This document shows positions 57,541-61,449 of a stretch of 61,449 bases of DNA, one piece after another. Below the pieces are notes generated by a model. It made no database searches. It was given only the letters and a program-made list of their open reading frames with translations, and was not told the origin of the DNA. This DNA is from Gemmatimonadota bacterium (GTDB lineage Bacteria > Gemmatimonadota > Gemmatimonadetes > Gemmatimonadales > GWC2-71-9). A program made the position numbers and the translations under genes. Every line of letters starts with the position of its first letter. Position 1 is the stretch's first letter. The DNA lies in the NCBI GenBank assembly GCA_039588335.1, contig JBDGZZ010000004.1:1-61449 (forward strand). The letters run 5' to 3'.

Positions 57541-58794
57541 TTAACTGGTTTCATCCACGATGGTGGACTGTTCCATCAAGTAATTGAACACCTTTTCCTC
57601 GATAATGCTCCGCTCCAGCTCGTTCAGGCGCTTAGCCTTCTGTAGCGACGAGTAAACCTTCGACGGGTCGGTGTTCTGTCGCTGGGCAATCTCCTCGATT
57701 CTGGAGTCTAGTTCTTCCTCGGTTGCCTTCAAGCTCTCTTTCTCAGCAATGTGATCGATTATCAGATCACGCTTCACCTGTCGCTCTGCTACCGGAGCAA
57801 ACTCCGCCGCAAACTTCTCGAGCTGGTCGTCGGGCACCTTATACGCTTCTGCGAATGCGCTCATGACGCGTTGCACCATTGGTCGTGGGGCGTCCACGCT
57901 GTTGGCTGATTCGATCTCCTCCAGCAGCTGGCGGCGGACTTCGGCATCACCCTCCCGGCGCGCTTCGGCCTCCAGGTCGTCGCGCACAGCGGATGTAAGA
58001 GCGCCCGCCGAATCGAAATCGCCAACCTCCTGGGCGAACTCGTCGTTGAGGTCGGGCAGATCCTGACGCTTGACCTCGTGCAGCTCGATCCGGACTGTAC
58101 GTTCGTCTCCCCGCTTCGACTCATCCGGGAAGTCATCGGGGAACCGTACCGTGGCGTCCACGGTCTCAGTCGGCAACATATGCATGACACGGTCCTCGAC
58201 ATCGGGTAGTGCTTGTCCCTCGCCCAGGACTATCTGGTATTGCTTGCCCTCGCGTGGCTCGCCCTGTTCGAGCGGTGTTATGGTGACGGAGACGAGTTGG
58301 CCATGGGCCGGCTTTTCCCCCTCCACAGGGACCCAGGGAGCCCGCTGGCGCCGCAGGTCCTCGAGTTGGGCCTCGACCATAGTGTCGGTCACCTTGGGAA
58401 TCTTACGTGTGACATTGAACCCGCTGACCCGACCGAGTTCCAACTCAGGCTTCACCGCCACAGACAGCTCGAACGTGAGGGGTATGCCGGACTCGAACTT
58501 GAGATCTCTGATCTGAGGGTCGGCGATCGGCTTCAGGTCCTCCTGGTCCAGGGCGGTCTTCCAGCTTTCCTGAACCAGTTCTCTTATTACGTTTTCCCGA
58601 ATGCCGTCCGAGAACTTCTTGCGTATTACTGGCAGAGGGACCTTCCCTTTGCGGAATCCTGGCAACTTCACGCGTTTGGCATAGTACGCCGCCGCCTTTT
58701 TCTCTGCGGTGTCGACGATTTCTATGGGAACCTCGACCTTGAGGTTCTTCACTCCGGGTTCTTCGCTGCCCCTGGTAACGACGATTTCAGCCAT
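57541..58794 (-). CDS. tig: Trigger factor
   Basis: N-terminal ribosome-binding GFRKGKVP motif and the tig-clpP-clpX gene order. Confidence 0.9.
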   Translation of the reverse strand: MAEIVVTRGSEEPGVKNLKVEVPIEIVDTAEKKAAAYYAKRVKLPGFRKGKVPLPVIRKKFSDGIRENVIRELVQESWKTALDQEDLKPIADPQIRDLKFESGIPLTFELSVAVKPELELGRVSGFNVTRKIPKVTDTMVEAQLEDLRRQRAPWVPVEGEKPAHGQLVSVTITPLEQGEPREGKQYQIVLGEGQALPDVEDRVMHMLPTETVDATVRFPDDFPDESKRGDERTVRIELHEVKRQDLPDLNDEFAQEVGDFDSAGALTSAVRDDLEAEARREGDAEVRRQLLEEIESANSVDAPRPMVQRVMSAFAEAYKVPDDQLEKFAAEFAPVAERQVKRDLIIDHIAEKESLKATEEELDSRIEEIAQRQNTDPSKVYSSLQKAKRLNELERSIIEEKVFNYLMEQSTIVDETS

Positions 58795-58870
58795 TCTCCA
58801 ACCAATTCAGAAATAACCACTGAATCTAACTCAAGATGTACTGAGGAGCAGCAGCGCCTGTACCACGGTG

Positions 58871-59974
58871 TCAGGGATTTGCGGTGGTATCAGCCTGTGC
58901 TTGCCATAACAGTGCGCCCCGGACGGTCATGACCCTCACTACCTCACTTCCCTCTTCGAAATAGCCGTGCAATACCTCCTCACGGTAGACTGCCCCGGAA
59001 ACACGGGGTGTCCTGATTTCGACCATCGGCATCTTGATATACCAGCGCTTCACGAACCACTGTCCATTGGGGAGTTGATCAAACTCGACTCTGGCCTCGG
59101 CGTAACGCTCACGCGTATGAGAGCGGAGGTTCTCGTATCCCATGTCGAGCCAACGCAGCTCGGCCGACTCTTCGTCCAGCCACAATATCCCGTTGACATC
59201 GGGCACCTTCCTGCTTGTCGGTTCGAACTCGAGGCCGACCAACCCGGGGAACTTCTTGTCCCGCTTGAGCTTGAAACAGTGGCGCTCCAAGAAGGGATCC
59301 GAGAAGAACACCTCGGGGTCTGGTGCATCGAACGTAGCTTCTTCCGTGCCTTCCTCGGACACCCACCCTCGTTCCTGCCGCTCCGCAGGTGATTCGGTGC
59401 GGAACGGCATCACACTCGTTTGGCGGATGGTACGTGCGTTGTCGTAGTTCGGTCGGCCGTCTCTCTCGTAGTACATCTCATACTTGCGGATCTCGTAGGT
59501 AAAAACCTGCTTGGATTCGCTGAACGCGGTACTGACCAGGGCCTTGCGGGCCTCTTCCCACACCGTAGCCGTCTCTAGGCCGCGCTCTTTCTCGAGCCTG
59601 CATTTCTTGGCGTCTCCCTCGATCTCGATGGCATCGAGACGAATCGCTACCGGCGCCACACGCATTTCCATCTCATGCGTCTCATCGGCGACCAGGTCGA
59701 ACTGCTCGGACGTGGTGGCCTTGAACCCGATGCGCTCCGAGCGCAGTTGGAAGGTACCGGGTGTCGGTGCCTTGATGCGGAACCGGCCCTGACCGTCTGT
59801 GAAAGACCTGTCGATCTCCGAGCCCATCAGGTCAACCAGGACTACGAAAGCCCGGTCAATCGGGGTTCCGGTATTCTCGTCCAGTAGCCGGCCACTGACG
59901 GCTTGGGCGCTCGACGCAGTACTGAGCAGGACAGCAAGGGTCGTAGCGAATAGAAAGATCTGATCGAGACGCAT
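58871..59974 (-). CDS. Secreted protein with N-terminal carboxypeptidase-regulatory-like domain
   Basis: Signal peptide, then VSGRLLDENTGTPIDRAFVVLVD...TDGQGRFRIKAPTPGTFQLRSERIGF. Confidence 0.55.
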   Translation of the reverse strand: MRLDQIFLFATTLAVLLSTASSAQAVSGRLLDENTGTPIDRAFVVLVDLMGSEIDRSFTDGQGRFRIKAPTPGTFQLRSERIGFKATTSEQFDLVADETHEMEMRVAPVAIRLDAIEIEGDAKKCRLEKERGLETATVWEEARKALVSTAFSESKQVFTYEIRKYEMYYERDGRPNYDNARTIRQTSVMPFRTESPAERQERGWVSEEGTEEATFDAPDPEVFFSDPFLERHCFKLKRDKKFPGLVGLEFEPTSRKVPDVNGILWLDEESAELRWLDMGYENLRSHTRERYAEARVEFDQLPNGQWFVKRWYIKMPMVEIRTPRVSGAVYREEVLHGYFEEGSEVVRVMTVRGALLWQAQADTTANP

Positions 59975-60136
59975 GAGAACCTCTGTGTGACGAGACGCTG
60001 ACTCAGAAACATAGGGAGGGGGGAGTCCTGGGGTAATGGAGGAGCCGCCTGCCTCAGACGTGAGAGCTAGTCACGGGTGGGGGCTGGTGAGCCGATTGTC
60101 GGCGACCGCCTAGTGGGAACAGGGGGTGGTGAGACA

Positions 60137-60218
60137 TGCGACCGGGGGGACTCGAACCCCCACGGGTTTCCCCACAGGATCCTAAATCCTGCGCGTCTGC
60201 CAATTCCGCCACGGTCGC
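60137..60218 (-). tRNA. tRNA-Leu (anticodon TAG), type II with long variable arm
   Basis: Hand-folded cloverleaf: acceptor GCGACCG/CGGTCGC, D arm GCG/CGC, anticodon stem CAGGA/TCCTG with loop TTTAGGA, variable arm GGG-GAAA-CCC, T arm GGGGG-TTCGAGT-CCCCC and discriminator A. CCA is not encoded. Confidence 0.9.
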
Positions 60219-60322
60219 GGGTGGGTCCAATAATAACCGCGATGTAGTTGTGGTGGCAGGTTTTCCGACCGGAAAGGACGTTCTCGACAAGCTCGGACGC
60301 AAGGTCGCACCATACTGCGCAT

Positions 60323-60337
60323 ACTGGATTTTCCAGT
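60323..60337. promoter_or_regulatory. Perfect palindrome ACTGGA-TTT-TCCAGT, with the half-site repeated 32 bp downstream
   Basis: ACTGGATTTTCCAGT at 60323-60337. GGATTTTCCAGT recurs at 60358-60369. Both lie in the non-coding gap upstream of the small ORFs. Confidence 0.3.
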
Positions 60338-60487
60338 ATGTCTGGCGGTTTCATGTGGGATTTTCCAGTGTCAACACAGGCCCAGAGTGAGACCCACCCC
60401 TTCAGCCACGGTGTCGTGTCCGCTATTGTCACCACGAGAAATGGTGCTAGCTTCGCGACCTAGGAACGACAGACTGCAGGGCCGGTC

Positions 60488-60655
60488 ATGCGAGGGAAAT
60501 TCGATACCCCGATCACATTCTCCCGCGCCGAAGTTGGCGTGATCCGCGAGCTGCTCAACACCCCGGACAAACCGATATTGTGCCCCAACCAAGTATGTAA
60601 CCGGGGCGGGTTCATCTCGATGCAACCCCGTGGAGGCTCCGTCGCGACCAATTAG
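60488..60655 (+). CDS. Small hypothetical protein (55 aa), truncated paralog of the next ORF
   Basis: Not in the ORF track (below 60 aa). Translation: MRGKFDTPITFSRAEVGVIRELLNTPDKPILCPNQVCNRGGFISMQPRGGSVATN*. It shares 18 of the first 33 residues and the upstream leader with ORF 60701-60943. Confidence 0.4.
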   Translation: MRGKFDTPITFSRAEVGVIRELLNTPDKPILCPNQVCNRGGFISMQPRGGSVATN

Positions 60656-60672
60656 GCACGACACAGGCGCGG

Positions 60673-60678
60673 TATAAT
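60673..60678 (+). promoter_or_regulatory. Consensus -10 hexamer TATAAT upstream of the second small ORF
   Basis: GGTATAATAA lies 22 nt before ATG 60701, with AGGA 7 nt before the ATG. The -35 region matches poorly (TTAGGC). Confidence 0.3.
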
Positions 60679-60700
60679 AACGACGGCTGCAGGATCAGTC

Positions 60701-60943
60701 ATGCCCAACGATTCACATACTCCCGTCACGTTCTCCCGCTCAGAGATGAGCGCGATCCGTGAGATGCTCGAGAGCGCCGACAAGCCAGCACTATGCCCAC
60801 GGTGCACAGAGAAGTTGCAGTTTGACGAACCGATCACCGGTGGCCCGCTAGATGGTTGCTGCTACGTGCGGTGTGATGGGTGTCGCCGTACGGCCTTCAT
60901 CACCAAGAACCCGCCAGATCGTTCCATCGATCTCCACGGGTAG
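60701..60943 (+). CDS. Small Cys-rich (zinc-ribbon-like) hypothetical protein, 80 aa
   Basis: CPRC...(24)...CDGC arrangement plus a CC pair. The N-terminal motif TP(V/I)TFSR.E...IRE.L...DKP.LCP is shared with the preceding ORF. Confidence 0.5.
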   Translation: MPNDSHTPVTFSRSEMSAIREMLESADKPALCPRCTEKLQFDEPITGGPLDGCCYVRCDGCRRTAFITKNPPDRSIDLHG

Positions 60944-60970
60944 TCCCACGAGAAAGGGTTGGGTGAAGCG

Positions 60971-61449
60971 ATGGGCATTCTCGAGACGGTGGTCTTTGGA
61001 AACACGGTGCAAGCCTGGCTCATTGGCGCGGGTGCCGCGCTAGCCATCTTCATCGGCCTCCGGTTGGCTATAAGCATCGTCCACAAGCGGTTGGCCGCCA
61101 TTGCCGAGCGAACCACGACGCGATGGGACAACGTCGTAACCGCAACGCTGGGCAGGACGAAGGGGGTCTTCCTGATCGTCTTCGCCCTCTTCTGGGCCAG
61201 TCTCACGGTGGGGCTGTCGCAGCAGGCGCGGGGTATTGTCGCCGGCATTACGGTACTGGCCCTTCTCGTTCAGGGAGGCATCTGGGCCAGTGCCGCGCTC
61301 AAACTCGGGCTGCGGGAGTATGCCGAACAACGACAGAGTGGAGACGCCGCGGCCCTCATGACGATGAACGCCGTCAGCTTCATCGCTCGCCTGGCGTTGT
61401 GGAGTATCGTCCTCCTGTTGGCGTTGGACAACCTCGGCATCGACGTCAC
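60971..61449 (+). CDS. Mechanosensitive ion channel (MscS family), 3'-truncated by the window edge
   Basis: Not in the ORF track because there is no stop. The frame is open from ATG 60971 to the window end, with several transmembrane helices ending in LLLALDNLGIDV, which is typical of the helix preceding the MscS pore region. Confidence 0.65.
   Translation, partial: MGILETVVFGNTVQAWLIGAGAALAIFIGLRLAISIVHKRLAAIAERTTTRWDNVVTATLGRTKGVFLIVFALFWASLTVGLSQQARGIVAGITVLALLVQGGIWASAALKLGLREYAEQRQSGDAAALMTMNAVSFIARLALWSIVLLLALDNLGIDV

Noticed and set aside
60054-60435. Track ORFs overlapping the tRNA (60054-60302, 60067-60435, 60136-60390).
   Set aside because: - They run through a well-folding tRNA-Leu gene and its flanks.
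- They have no protein-like features.
59975-60960. Integrated mobile element or genomic island at tRNA-Leu.
   Set aside because: - There is no integrase and no direct repeat of the tRNA 3' end in the flanks I could scan.
- The odd small ORFs lie on the 5' side of the tRNA, not at its 3' end where integration normally occurs.

Overview
The window is a compact, visibly GC-rich (not computed) bacterial chromosomal segment. I call about 60 protein-coding genes and one tRNA. I found no rRNA, CRISPR array, transposase, integrase or phage genes. Many adjacent genes overlap by 1-17 nt.

Most content is housekeeping:
- DNA repair: ligA-polX, and mutM followed by a UvrC-N-terminal/Cho-like nuclease.
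- Electron transfer and fatty/amino-acid oxidation: gcdH, etfB, etfA, ETF-QO.
- Cofactors: moeA, mobA, queD, and an overlapping ubiE/UbiD/UbiA quinone cluster.
- Nucleotide and amino-acid metabolism: guaB, purD, trpE, a trans-sulfuration PLP enzyme.
- Proteostasis: tig-clpP-clpX-engB.
- Also dtd-maf, an Mrp/ApbC Fe-S carrier, a DHH phosphoesterase and several transporters.

The less ordinary parts are:
1. An orphan GspE/PilB-type ATPase fused to a C-terminal receiver domain. It sits beside a divergent pair of secreted proteins (a lipoprotein and a putative Omp85-like outer-membrane protein).
2. A four-gene ECF sigma module preceded by two TGAAAC-N16/17-CGTA promoter-like motifs. It encodes a membrane protein with 13 consecutive Leu-x-x triplets.
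3. Two tandem paralogous small Cys-rich ORFs, absent or incomplete in the ORF track, between tRNA-Leu(TAG) and a partial MscS gene.
4. A short relic of glmS between a phosphohexomutase gene and dtd.
5. Three signalling proteins with no partner kinase in the window: REC-HD-GYP with a GRP variant motif, FHA-GAF-cyclase, and GspE-REC.

All calls rest on reading the translated ORFs and the DNA by eye. No database search was run. I cannot assign a lineage from this window.
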